32,000 nucleotides of DNA from Hyperthermus butylicus DSM 5456 (GTDB lineage: Archaea; Thermoproteota; Thermoprotei_A; Sulfolobales; Pyrodictiaceae): NCBI RefSeq assembly GCF_000015145.1, contig NC_008818.1:840001-872000 (forward strand), read 5' to 3'. Made by a program: the position numbers and the translations under genes. Shown in pieces: positions 18,799 through 27,766 of this stretch; position 1 is the first letter of the stretch; each line of letters starts with the position of its first letter. The notes under the pieces are model-generated. The model worked only from the letters and a program-made list of their open reading frames with translations, was not told the origin of the DNA and ran no database searches.

Positions 18799-19239
18799 TT
18801 ACGCTATGTAGATTATGATCTTGTCGTAGGGCTCTTCTTCGAAGTATACCTTACGTTTTGCCTGCATATAGAGCATCAAATCTCTCGATGTTATAACGAA
18901 GTAGTCGTAAAGAAAACTTGCTGGAGTTATTACCGTAAGGTAATGCTCAAACTCAAGGTCCGTGTAGATTACCTCAAAATTTCCAACATAATTTCGGCCG
19001 ACGATGTCTACACGTGGAGGGCTTAGCGGCTTTAGCTCGTCTGCAAACCCTATGAATACTGTGCGGCGGTTACGATCCTCCACATTGCGCTTGTATGTAT
19101 AGCCTCCCTCTACGATTACACTGCGGGGCTCAAAGTATAGTGTCATGTTTTCACCACGTATCGTCATAGTATCTCCGGCTACGACGAGTCCAAGTGCGCC
19201 ACCATTCCAGCGTATGTAGTAGCTTGCACGTCTTGTCAA
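18799..19239 (-). CDS. hypothetical protein
   Basis: 146 aa beta-rich ORF, same strand and upstream of nrdJ. Confidence 0.7.
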   Translation of the reverse strand: MTRRASYYIRWNGGALGLVVAGDTMTIRGENMTLYFEPRSVIVEGGYTYKRNVEDRNRRTVFIGFADELKPLSPPRVDIVGRNYVGNFEVIYTDLEFEHYLTVITPASFLYDYFVITSRDLMLYMQAKRKVYFEEEPYDKIIIYIA

Positions 19240-19315
19240 CCGTGCACACCTAGGGTTTCATGGCTGTAGCGGTAGGAGTTAAAGACTGTCCCTCCCTGTG
19301 AACCTTGTGAGCAAG

Positions 19316-20140
19316 CTACTCTTCATCGCCCAGCGGGACTTCGAGGAGTTTTTGTAGCTCGGCTGCTAGCATTTTTGCTGCAACAGACTGTGGAAGCGCT
19401 GTATCCTCTTTGCGTAGCTGTGTTGGCGCTTTGACCCGCATGCCTACACCGTCGCGTATCTCTATCTCGTGCATCCGTAGGCTGTGTTCGGTCTGTCTCA
19501 TCTTCTCGATTATAACGTATCTCCGGAGCTCTCCTCTCACTACGGCTTTGCGAAATCTTATAATGCCATCAGCTACGTGTTCTATGCCGAAGCCAAAGCC
19601 TAGACTTGTTGTTACAGCATACTGGCTTGTTAGTAGTGCTGTGAAGTCCCAGCGCGCCAGTATCCTCTTAACATAGTAGCTGTATCTCCTGGCCATTGCT
19701 GGCTTGTCGAGCCAGAAGGCCGACATGGAGTCTATTACTAGGCGTGCCCTGCCATAGCCTAGGTAGCGTTTAGCCTCTATGATCTTGTTTACAAGCGTCT
19801 CCACATCTAGCTCGGTTAGGGACCATGGATCGTCGTGTCGTCCCATAAGCGCGTCTATTATGACTAGCTTTCCATCATCTATCGCCTTCTCGAAGTCAAA
19901 ACCGAACATTGCCGCTTGCTTTATTATACTTTCCCTTGTCTCCTCCGTTGTCACATATATGTTCTTGTCTCCCTGCCTAATACCTTCGGCTATGAAGTGT
20001 ATTGAGAATATCGTCTTGCCCGTACCCGGCTCTCCCACAACAGCTACAAAGAAGCCCCGAGGGATACCTCCCTGTATCAGCTTATCAAATCCTGGCACGC
20101 CAGTCGGCAATCTCTCTATAGATGGCTTGGTCGAAGCCAT
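19316..20140 (-). CDS. KaiC-like RecA-superfamily ATPase
   Basis: GVPGFDKLIQGGIPRGFFVAVVGEPGTGKTIFSIHFI, ARLVIDSMSAFW. Confidence 0.93.
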   Translation of the reverse strand: MASTKPSIERLPTGVPGFDKLIQGGIPRGFFVAVVGEPGTGKTIFSIHFIAEGIRQGDKNIYVTTEETRESIIKQAAMFGFDFEKAIDDGKLVIIDALMGRHDDPWSLTELDVETLVNKIIEAKRYLGYGRARLVIDSMSAFWLDKPAMARRYSYYVKRILARWDFTALLTSQYAVTTSLGFGFGIEHVADGIIRFRKAVVRGELRRYVIIEKMRQTEHSLRMHEIEIRDGVGMRVKAPTQLRKEDTALPQSVAAKMLAAELQKLLEVPLGDEE

Positions 20141-20213
20141 AGGTTCTACCGCACCCAGATACGTTTAGTTGTACTTGTTTCCGCCCTAATTTCCCCTTGG
20201 GACTAGTCACAGT

Positions 20214-20639
20214 TTATGGTGTAAGGTATGCGCAGAACCCGGTAGGTGTACATGCTTCGAGTCTTGAGAGCCGCAGATTTTTACTCTCTAGCTCACGTTG
20301 CAGACACCGATAGAGGTCAACAAGCATTATCTCCGCTGAGGCATCCTTTAATCCAAGTACATCGTTTAACTTTTTATGATCATACCGCGAGAGGCATCCC
20401 TCCAGAACCCTGCTAAGCCAAAAGTAGTCAACCACGACATTTCCTTGACCAAGGCTACCTTCAACACAGACCGTTACGCGATAGTCGTGGCCATGAAGCG
20501 ACGCTGACTTACCACCTAGACTCTGAAGCTGAAGGGCAAGGGAGACCCAGGAGGAGGCACAGACGCCTAGCTTTACACCGCACAATACCCCGGCCACCCC
20601 AGCATTCGCAAGCCCTCTGTGCTTGTTTAGGCCTTGCAA
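20214..20639 (-). CDS. 6-pyruvoyl-tetrahydropterin synthase / QueD-like protein
   Basis: LHGHDYRVTVCVEG, GNVVVDYFWL, and YDHKKLNDV motifs. N-terminal His motif is missing. Confidence 0.78.
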   Translation of the reverse strand: MQGLNKHRGLANAGVAGVLCGVKLGVCASSWVSLALQLQSLGGKSASLHGHDYRVTVCVEGSLGQGNVVVDYFWLSRVLEGCLSRYDHKKLNDVLGLKDASAEIMLVDLYRCLQRELESKNLRLSRLEACTPTGFCAYLTP

Positions 20640-20697
20640 CCTCCAAGGCTTTAAGACGAGTGTTCATCCAGACCGTTCCCAGCGGTGGCGCCTCTCC

Positions 20698-21180
20698 ATG
20701 GCTCTACCAGGCATCTATGCTGCTTTAACGCTCCTCGGCAGAGTTGATGATGTGCAAGTGCAGCCGGCTGGTGTGGATCTCCGTGTTGGAGAGATACACC
20801 GCTTCTTGTCCGAAGGAATGTTGGCTCCCAAGCGTGTGCTGCCAGAGACCGAGCCCGTTGAAGCTAGGGATGGCTTCTGGTTTTTGGAGCCGGGCTTCTA
20901 CAAGGTTGTCTTTGCCGATGCTGTCTACGTGCCACCCAGTGCTGTGGGTATCTGTCTCCCACGTAGTAGTCTCCTCAGGATGGGAGCCACGCTGTCTTGC
21001 GCTGTATGGGATCCAGGGTATATGGGACGCGGTGAAGCACTGCTTATAGTTGGTAATCCTCACGGTATCAGAATAGCTGTCGGAGAGAGGATTGCACAGA
21101 TGCTATATATCCGTGTTGAGCCGCCACCAGCTAGCCTCTATGCTGGATTCTATCAAGGGGAAAGGCTGGGTACACGCTAG
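20698..21180 (+). CDS. dcd: dCTP deaminase / dUTPase family protein
   Basis: From MALPGIYAALTLL: PAGVDLRVGEI, LPRSSLLRMGATLSCAVWDPGYMGRGEALLIVGNPHGIRIAVGERIAQM. Confidence 0.88.
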   Translation: MALPGIYAALTLLGRVDDVQVQPAGVDLRVGEIHRFLSEGMLAPKRVLPETEPVEARDGFWFLEPGFYKVVFADAVYVPPSAVGICLPRSSLLRMGATLSCAVWDPGYMGRGEALLIVGNPHGIRIAVGERIAQMLYIRVEPPPASLYAGFYQGERLGTR

Positions 21181-21216
21181 TGTTTTATTAGCTGGCTCCC
21201 CGGTGAAGCGGAATGG

Positions 21217-21765
21217 GTGGTACATGTAATGGTGCTTGAACGCCTTGAGGAAGCTGCAGCTACCCTCGACTCTATAGCCTCCAGTATCCGGCGCGGTATA
21301 CGGCCCGCAGAGACGATAGCTGAGAATAGGGCTAACACTGCAATATACACTATATCCGAGGCCTTCGAGGAGCTGGCTCTAGCGCTGCGTAGGCTCAAAT
21401 GTATAGCTGACGCTAAGGGCATCAAGGACTCTTCTGTAGTCGGGCTCTGTACTACCTGGAGGCTTTACGAGTCCGACGGTGGCCTCGTACTGTTGAGGAT
21501 TAAGCCAGAGACCGTAATAGCGATACGGGATGGACATGTAACGTTCCACCGGGACGTCTACAAGCTAGAAGCTGAGGGCGCCACGGTAAAGCTCTGCAAG
21601 TGGAACTACTGCAAGACCATTAATCCGCTCGACAGGGAAAAGATCATGAAGGAGCTGCCCCAGATATTCTACCTGCTGCGTAGCATCTCAAACATGGTTC
21701 GGAAGACTGCTGAAAGCATACAGCTCTGCGCTCGCCGGGAGGCAGCGGAATGCGCGAGGCTCTAG
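21217..21765 (+). CDS. hypothetical protein
   Basis: 182 aa ORF overlapping the start of the next gene. Confidence 0.7.
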   Translation: MVHVMVLERLEEAAATLDSIASSIRRGIRPAETIAENRANTAIYTISEAFEELALALRRLKCIADAKGIKDSSVVGLCTTWRLYESDGGLVLLRIKPETVIAIRDGHVTFHRDVYKLEAEGATVKLCKWNYCKTINPLDREKIMKELPQIFYLLRSISNMVRKTAESIQLCARREAAECARL

Positions 21766-22685
21766 GCCCAGTCGAGGCATGGCTCATCAGAACTAGGTAC
21801 ACCATAGGCTTTGTGAAGGGGTGTTTTCATCCCCTCCCAAGACTCTTCTATGTACCCCGCATCGTGGAAGGCTCAAAAACATGGAGGGAACCCTGGCGCC
21901 TAGCCCTTAAAGATCCCGATGTCATGGTTGGGTCTGAGCCCTGCCTTGGAGGCAGAGCTGTCCCCACAGCGGATCCACTCCATGTGAAGATGGTCTCCCC
22001 CGTAGATGCTGTCAGGAGCCTGACTGTCTGCGAGAGGCCACTATGTAGGGCTGCTCTCGAGCTGCTAGAGTACCTTGAGAGCGGGGGCGCTGACTATGTA
22101 GGAGTTACTGGCGGACTCGCCTACAACCCCGACTCTGCCAGCGACATAGACCTTGTTGTCTACGGCGCGAAGAACACTGAAAAGGCATACCGTATCCTCG
22201 AAGAGCTTAGGGCTGAGGGTGTAACAGCCCCTCTCCACGGCCTCGGCCATGGATGGACACATGATGACTGGGTACTCCACCAGAAGCTCGCCCCTCAGCG
22301 GCTGCTAATGGGTCTCTTCAGAGGCTATGAGTATAATGTGAGACTTGTAGACTGCACAACCCCGGCTCCCTGTAAGCCGCTAATAGTTCGCGGGCGGCTC
22401 CGGGTTACCGGCAGAATAATCGGTGGAAGTCCTACTACAACCCCCGCCATCTACATTCTATCCCTATTCAAACCGGTGCAGTGCGGCAAGGTCCTAGCAA
22501 GAGTGTTGCATGTCGAGACTTTCAGACTTAGGTACACAGAGATACCAGTGAAAGCTGTTATTGAGGCTTGGGGCGTCCTCGAGGAACGTGAGCCTGGCTT
22601 CTGTGTACTTGTGCCAGACTGGAGAGGGGGAATAAAGCTGGTCAGCGGCCTTAGCACCGTGTTGCACGGAAGCCTGGAGGCCTAA
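21750..22685 (+). CDS. nucleotidyltransferase-fold protein (uncharacterised)
   Basis: [21 protein letters not shown] resembles the polymerase-beta NTase GG...(D)xD signature. Confidence 0.6.
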   Translation: MREALGPVEAWLIRTRYTIGFVKGCFHPLPRLFYVPRIVEGSKTWREPWRLALKDPDVMVGSEPCLGGRAVPTADPLHVKMVSPVDAVRSLTVCERPLCRAALELLEYLESGGADYVGVTGGLAYNPDSASDIDLVVYGAKNTEKAYRILEELRAEGVTAPLHGLGHGWTHDDWVLHQKLAPQRLLMGLFRGYEYNVRLVDCTTPAPCKPLIVRGRLRVTGRIIGGSPTTTPAIYILSLFKPVQCGKVLARVLHVETFRLRYTEIPVKAVIEAWGVLEEREPGFCVLVPDWRGGIKLVSGLSTVLHGSLEA

Positions 22686-23683
22686 CCCGTATTACGTCGG
22701 GATTTACAAGGTTTGGTGGTATCTTTCCGTCGCGGAAGGCGAGCAGGTTCTCTAGAACCGCACAAGTCATTGCTTGTCTTGCTTCTCGTGTAGCACTACC
22801 AATGTGCGGGGTTAGAACCACATTCTTAAGGCTTGTGAGAGGATGGTCTGGTGGTAGTGGCTCTTCCTCAAACACGTCGAGACCCGCGCCAGCTATCCAG
22901 CCCTCCCGGAGGGCGCGTATGAGCGCATTGGTGTCTATGACTGCCCCTCGCGCCGTATTTATCAGTATAGCCGTTGGCTTCATGAGTCTTAGCTCTCGCT
23001 CCCCGATCATCCCCCGGGTCTCAGGGGTTAATGGCACATGTATCGTTACTATGTCGGCCCTTTTCAACAGCTCCTCGAGGGACACATACTCGGCGTTCAG
23101 CTCTCTTTCCACATGCTGTGGCGCACGCCTCCTACTATAGTAGAGCACCTTCATGTTGAATGCGCGAGCACCAATCCTGGCTACAGCTCTGCCAATTCTC
23201 CCAAACCCTATTACACCGAGGGTTTTGCCGTAAAGCTCCATGCCAAGCATTAGCTCTGGATGCCAGCCAGTGCGCCCACGGTACCACTCGCCACTCCGGA
23301 CATAGCTGTCTGCCTCCACTATGCGACGCGCAACAGCGAATATGAGAGCCCATGTGAGCTCAGCTGTCGCCTCTGTAAGCACGTCCGGGGTATTAGTTAC
23401 GTACACTCCGAGCCTAGTAGCACACTCCACGTCAATGTTGTCGTAGCCCACAGCGTACTGGGATACTATGCTAAGCCTACCACGAGTACCAGCCTCGAGA
23501 ACGGCACAGTCTATACGGTCTGTAACAACGATACAATACCATCAACCTCGCCAGCCTTTCGACTAGAACCTCGTGAGGTGGATGATGCCACTCCGGCCAG
23601 ACTTCAGCATTAAATTCTGAAAGCAACCTTTCAAAGCAAGGGCCCGGCAGTCTACGTGTAATAAAAAGCTTTGCCTTCAACAT
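22651..23683 (-). pseudogene. 2-hydroxyacid (glyoxylate-type) dehydrogenase interrupted by two frameshifts
   Basis: C-terminal part 22651-23451 ([54 protein letters not shown]) in one frame and N-terminal part (MLKAKLFITRRLPGPCFERLL...VWPEWHHPPHEVLVERLA) in another. The missing link EVDGIVSLL / [12 protein letters not shown]...IVSQYAV is present in shifted frames. Confidence 0.8.
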
Positions 23684-23959
23684 CAGCACCCCACATTCTG
23701 CAGAAAGAGACCTCCGAACAACAAAAATCCTACACACTCCTTTAAGAACATAATCTTCTCTTCCTTAGCGCCCGGGTACAGACCGTACACATAGACTCCA
23801 TGGAAGGGTATAGAGCAAAGGGGCAGAGTAGCCTCTTGGGATGGTTTTGGACGTGCCCAACAGCTAGTCTATCACATACAAATCATATCAAATTATGCTA
23901 TATAGGATGGGTACGAGCAGTAGTAAAGTTATGGAGAAAAACAGACTGGTTTGTGTGGG

Positions 23960-25228
23960 TTAGAGGAGACCACGTAGCTTCATAGCCTCAATTACACGCT
24001 TTACTGCTAAGGCGTAGGCAGCATCCCTCATTGGATGCTTCTGTGTGTCGAACTCCTTGTGCCAGAAGTCCCAGACTGCTAATGTGTTGTGGACCATCTT
24101 GTTTTCTAGTGCCCTCTTGGCCTCCTCCTCTGTTATCCAGCCACCCATCCTGTTGTTGACCCACTCAATGTGGCTCATTATTACACCACCAGCATTGGCT
24201 AGAATGTCCGGTATTACTATGATGCCGCGCTGTGCAAGGATCTTGTCGGCTTCCGCTGTGGTTGGGCCGTTGGCTGCCTCGGCAATTATCTTAGCCTTGA
24301 TCCTCGAAGCGTTCTCCTCGGTTATCACATTCTCGATTGCTGCGGGTACTAGTATGTCTACATCTAGCTCTAATAGCTCCTCATTAGTTATCTTCCTCTC
24401 TGCCTTCTCATAGTTGATTACCGAGCCGGTCTTGCTCTTAACCTCCTTAACCTCGTCTGGGTTGAGGCCCTTGCTGCTGTAAATGCCGCCCTTGCTGTCG
24501 CTTACAGCTACTATTATCGCGCCCATCTCGTGGAGGAACTTAGCCGCGTAGTAGCCAGCATTGCCATAGCCTTGTACAGCCACCCTCTTGCCCTCAACGC
24601 TGCCCCAAACTTTCTTGGCAACCTCTCTAGCAGCAACAGCTGTACCGAAACCTGTGGCTATTACACGGGTCTCGAGGCCGCCTAGTATCTTTGGCTTGCC
24701 AGTTATGACGCCAAAGTGGTGCTGACCAGTCACTCTGTAGTACTCGTCCATCATCCAGGCCATTATCTGTGGGTTTGTATAGACATCTGGTGCTGGTATG
24801 TCGTGGTCTGGGCCAATGTACTTGTATATCATCCTTATGTAGCCACGGGATAGCTGCTCAAGCTCGCGTGCCGAGAGCTTGTGCGGGTCTACGCGAATGC
24901 CACCTTTACCACCGCCATATGGTAGGCCCGCCAACGCGTTCTTCCAGGTCATCATCATGCTTAGAGCTATTACCTCCTCCTTGGTAGTCTCTGGGTGGTA
25001 ACGTATACCGCCCTTGTATGGGCCTAGAGCGCTATTGTGCTGGCTCCTCCAACCAATAAAGACCTTAACTGTACCATCATCCATACGTACGGGGATCTTA
25101 ACCTGGATAACCCTCTCAGGATGCCTTAGAGCCTCATAAACATCCTCGCCGTAACCTAGAAGCTCGACAACCGCACGGTGTAGGATCTTCTCGGCCTCTT
25201 CGAGGAGGCGGCGGGAGTCTGTAGCCAT
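23960..25228 (-). CDS. gdhA: glutamate dehydrogenase
   Basis: [49 protein letters not shown]. Confidence 0.97.
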   Translation of the reverse strand: MATDSRRLLEEAEKILHRAVVELLGYGEDVYEALRHPERVIQVKIPVRMDDGTVKVFIGWRSQHNSALGPYKGGIRYHPETTKEEVIALSMMMTWKNALAGLPYGGGKGGIRVDPHKLSARELEQLSRGYIRMIYKYIGPDHDIPAPDVYTNPQIMAWMMDEYYRVTGQHHFGVITGKPKILGGLETRVIATGFGTAVAAREVAKKVWGSVEGKRVAVQGYGNAGYYAAKFLHEMGAIIVAVSDSKGGIYSSKGLNPDEVKEVKSKTGSVINYEKAERKITNEELLELDVDILVPAAIENVITEENASRIKAKIIAEAANGPTTAEADKILAQRGIIVIPDILANAGGVIMSHIEWVNNRMGGWITEEEAKRALENKMVHNTLAVWDFWHKEFDTQKHPMRDAAYALAVKRVIEAMKLRGLL

Positions 25229-25457
25229 GATTGAGCCCCCGCTGCTCCAGTTTGTATAGACAGTTCTCTGAGCTATTTATCGTGCACGTTCTCTTTTCAC
25301 AGTGTTTATTTAGAGGGAGCGATTCAATGATAAACGTAGTATACGGTTGGTCATCCCAACAATTTTAGTTTTAGTCTGCTCCAACATCCACTCGTCACAA
25401 CCGCTAGCTACATGAGCCACAGCAGGGGTTAGTAAGATTACCGTACGCTGCTATGAT

Positions 25458-25946
25458 ATGTTCTGCGGTGGATTCATGACTCGGCCTAGGAGGGAGCGCG
25501 GCAGGGAAACAGGACACCCTGGCGTTGAGGGTACTATAGTGATTCTGGATCTCGACAAATTTGGCGAGGTTGTAGCCGAGAGGGGGTGGAGTGAGTACGA
25601 ACCTAACCCGGCAACGGGGTTGCTGACGAACCTTGTTGAGAGGTTTGCCCGGAAATGGCAGGCTGTCGTTATATATGGGCTCGACGAGGAGAGGGGGACT
25701 GAGGAGGCTGTACTCGAGATACCCTACGTGGAGCCAGAGGAGGTTAGGGAGGACCTAGAGGCTATAAGGAGGGAGGTTAACCGGCTCGGAGTAGGCGTGA
25801 CTATTGTCGCAGTGAAGGGCATTGTTACGGGACAGCCAGCTATGGATAGGAGGGAGGCCTACTATGGCACACCATTTAGGAGGTATGCGAGAAGCCTACT
25901 TGAGAAGCTTAAGCGCCGTGGCGGAAACGCCGTGTTCATCGGCTAG
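25458..25946 (+). CDS. uncharacterised protein, possible palm/nucleotide-cyclase-like domain
   Basis: GTIVILDLDKFGEVVAERG near the N-terminus resembles a DxDxF palm-domain strand. The rest is unassigned. Confidence 0.6.
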   Translation: MFCGGFMTRPRRERGRETGHPGVEGTIVILDLDKFGEVVAERGWSEYEPNPATGLLTNLVERFARKWQAVVIYGLDEERGTEEAVLEIPYVEPEEVREDLEAIRREVNRLGVGVTIVAVKGIVTGQPAMDRREAYYGTPFRRYARSLLEKLKRRGGNAVFIG

Positions 25947-27082
25947 TAGTCGATAGCTGCTCGTATGCTTGTAGGCTCTGTTGTGGGTAGCACGTTAGCT
26001 TCAAACTCTACCCTTACAGTCTTCTCTTCCCGTCTTCCAGCCACCACGCCTTCGTAAAGTATCCTTCTCAGCTCCTCCTCGATTTCGGCCTCTTCGAGCT
26101 TCATGTAGTGTTTTGCTAGCTCGTATAGCCTCGCAAAGGGCCTACTTGCACCATTGTATCCAAGCCTGTTGTTTGCAACCTCAACAAGCATCCACGCGTT
26201 GAAGAGGGCTCTGGCCTCGAAACTTTCAACAAGCATTTCATGGGTTAAATTGAGATGCTTTGAAGCCTTTTCCAACAATGCATGGTAAATCTTTATTTCT
26301 TCACCCTTCAGCTTGGCTGGACCGAAACGCACCTGCTGCTTGCTAATATGTCTCTCGCCAGCACCTGGAATGATTATCTTACCATAGCCCGCCTTGTGCC
26401 GCCAAGTCTGTGTATCACCGCTATCCACTCCTATCAGTTTAAGCAGGGGGATTACTGCCGCTGATGCGATGCCTAGCGCGTGAAGCTTACCCCTCCAGAG
26501 CTTACGCATCAAAATAAGAAACAAGAGGGCCTTGAGCCTGGAGAATTTGCCGGCCCGCTGCATAAAGTATGGTATTAGCCCTCCCACAGCCGCTATACAC
26601 GCGTTAGACGTGTACTCCACGAGCTGTATGCGAAGTGACTCGCCAATAGCCAGGTGGAAGACCGGTATAAGGCGCCCCTCCTCAACCTTGCCACGAAGCA
26701 TCGACTTTAGAGTCATGAACGTACTAACGGTCTTAGCTATCTTCAACGCTCTAATATCATCACTATCCCGTGGCGATGGAGGGTAGTCGAGGCTCACATA
26801 GTAGTCCGCATCTATTTCACGGTAGATCTTTGCTATCCTGTACGCTCCTGGATCAATACCCTCTCGGAGGAACTGGTAACCACCACTATCAAGCCACAGC
26901 TCAACGTCATCTGTTAACCCTAAAAGCTTACGTAGACCTCGGCCCCTCATGCTGCTCAGCTTCCGGCTCTTGAGGATGCTATACGCGTTAACCATGACAC
27001 CGCGGATTGGAAGTATACGCCACGGGTATATCGTTGTCTCAATCGGCGTTCCCAGGATCAGCTTAAAACCGTTACCAGCCAT
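25943..27082 (-). CDS. tRNA-guanine transglycosylase-like protein (TGT/DpdA-like fold)
   Basis: WLDSGGYQFL, ACIAAVGGLIPYF, and LHALGIA...GVDSGDTQTW, which match the order of TGT motifs. No PUA domain seen. Confidence 0.68.
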   Translation of the reverse strand: MAGNGFKLILGTPIETTIYPWRILPIRGVMVNAYSILKSRKLSSMRGRGLRKLLGLTDDVELWLDSGGYQFLREGIDPGAYRIAKIYREIDADYYVSLDYPPSPRDSDDIRALKIAKTVSTFMTLKSMLRGKVEEGRLIPVFHLAIGESLRIQLVEYTSNACIAAVGGLIPYFMQRAGKFSRLKALLFLILMRKLWRGKLHALGIASAAVIPLLKLIGVDSGDTQTWRHKAGYGKIIIPGAGERHISKQQVRFGPAKLKGEEIKIYHALLEKASKHLNLTHEMLVESFEARALFNAWMLVEVANNRLGYNGASRPFARLYELAKHYMKLEEAEIEEELRRILYEGVVAGRREEKTVRVEFEANVLPTTEPTSIRAAIDY

Positions 27083-27208
27083 GATGCCGCGCCACTGATG
27101 TTAATACCCTTGATGTAGGGACTAAAGGTGTTATCCAAGAGCGGGAAACCAGATACATAAACACATGTTGAAGCATACTCCTATATTAGCCTTGACCCCC
27201 TACAACAA

Positions 27209-27299
27209 TATGGGGTGTGAGGAAGCTCGAAAGGGCTGAAGCCCCCAGGAGCATAACTCCTGGGGGAGCTGTGAAGACCCGCGCAGCACCGACCCCATA
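27209..27299 (+). ncRNA. box C/D guide sRNA candidate (sR-5) with variant boxes and a long D'-C' hairpin
   Basis: Terminal stem TATGGGG/CCCCATA (7 bp), C GTGAGGA 27217-27223, 12 nt AGCTCGAAAGGG, D' CTGA 27236-27239. Hairpin CCCCCAGGAG-CATAA-CTCCTGGGGG (10 bp), C' GTGAAGA 27271-27277, 11 nt CCCGCGCAGCA, D CCGA 27289-27292. TATA-like TATATTA about 27 nt upstream. Confidence 0.85.
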
Positions 27300-27308
27300 A
27301 CCTCCTGA

Positions 27309-27373
27309 CGGCTGTGATGAAGTTACGCACTCGGGGAGCCCACGCTATGACCGAGTCCACCTCGCTGATGCCG
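27309..27373 (+). ncRNA. possible box C/D sRNA (sR-6), internal boxes degenerate
   Basis: Canonical C GTGATGA 27314-27320 and D CTGA 27365-27368, terminal stem CGGC/GCCG. No clear D' or C'. Internal ACTCGG/CCGAGT complementarity. Confidence 0.48.
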
Positions 27374-27752
27374 CTTTAGCCGGAGTAATGCTACACATGT
27401 AACTAATCCCGCAGCCCTCTACACGGACTAGCAGCTGGTCTTCAGCTGTCTCCACGGACAGGCTAGGCGTTGAGCAGCCAGGCTTAGCGATGACCGGAAC
27501 TACAGTTCTCCCATACCGCACCTCGATAACTACTATACCTCTTAGCCCAGCCCCAGTGTAAGCCGCATAGGTTTCAAGAAGCAGGTTTCTAGCAGCCCTA
27601 AAGCCAGCTAGAAACCCAACCCATGCATGAGCTATTGCTAGGCAAGATAGCCTAACCATTGTCTCAACAGGCTCGCCGTACGGGTCTATTGAGATTGCCC
27701 AACCCATCTCCACATCTTCAGTGCTAACATTGTAGCGGGCCTCCCTAATCAA
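27345..27752 (-). CDS. hypothetical protein
   Basis: 135 aa ORF with four Cys residues. Same strand as the downstream radical SAM gene. Confidence 0.6.
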   Translation of the reverse strand: MIREARYNVSTEDVEMGWAISIDPYGEPVETMVRLSCLAIAHAWVGFLAGFRAARNLLLETYAAYTGAGLRGIVVIEVRYGRTVVPVIAKPGCSTPSLSVETAEDQLLVRVEGCGISYMCSITPAKAASARWTRS

Positions 27753-27766
27753 GGCACTACACCGTT

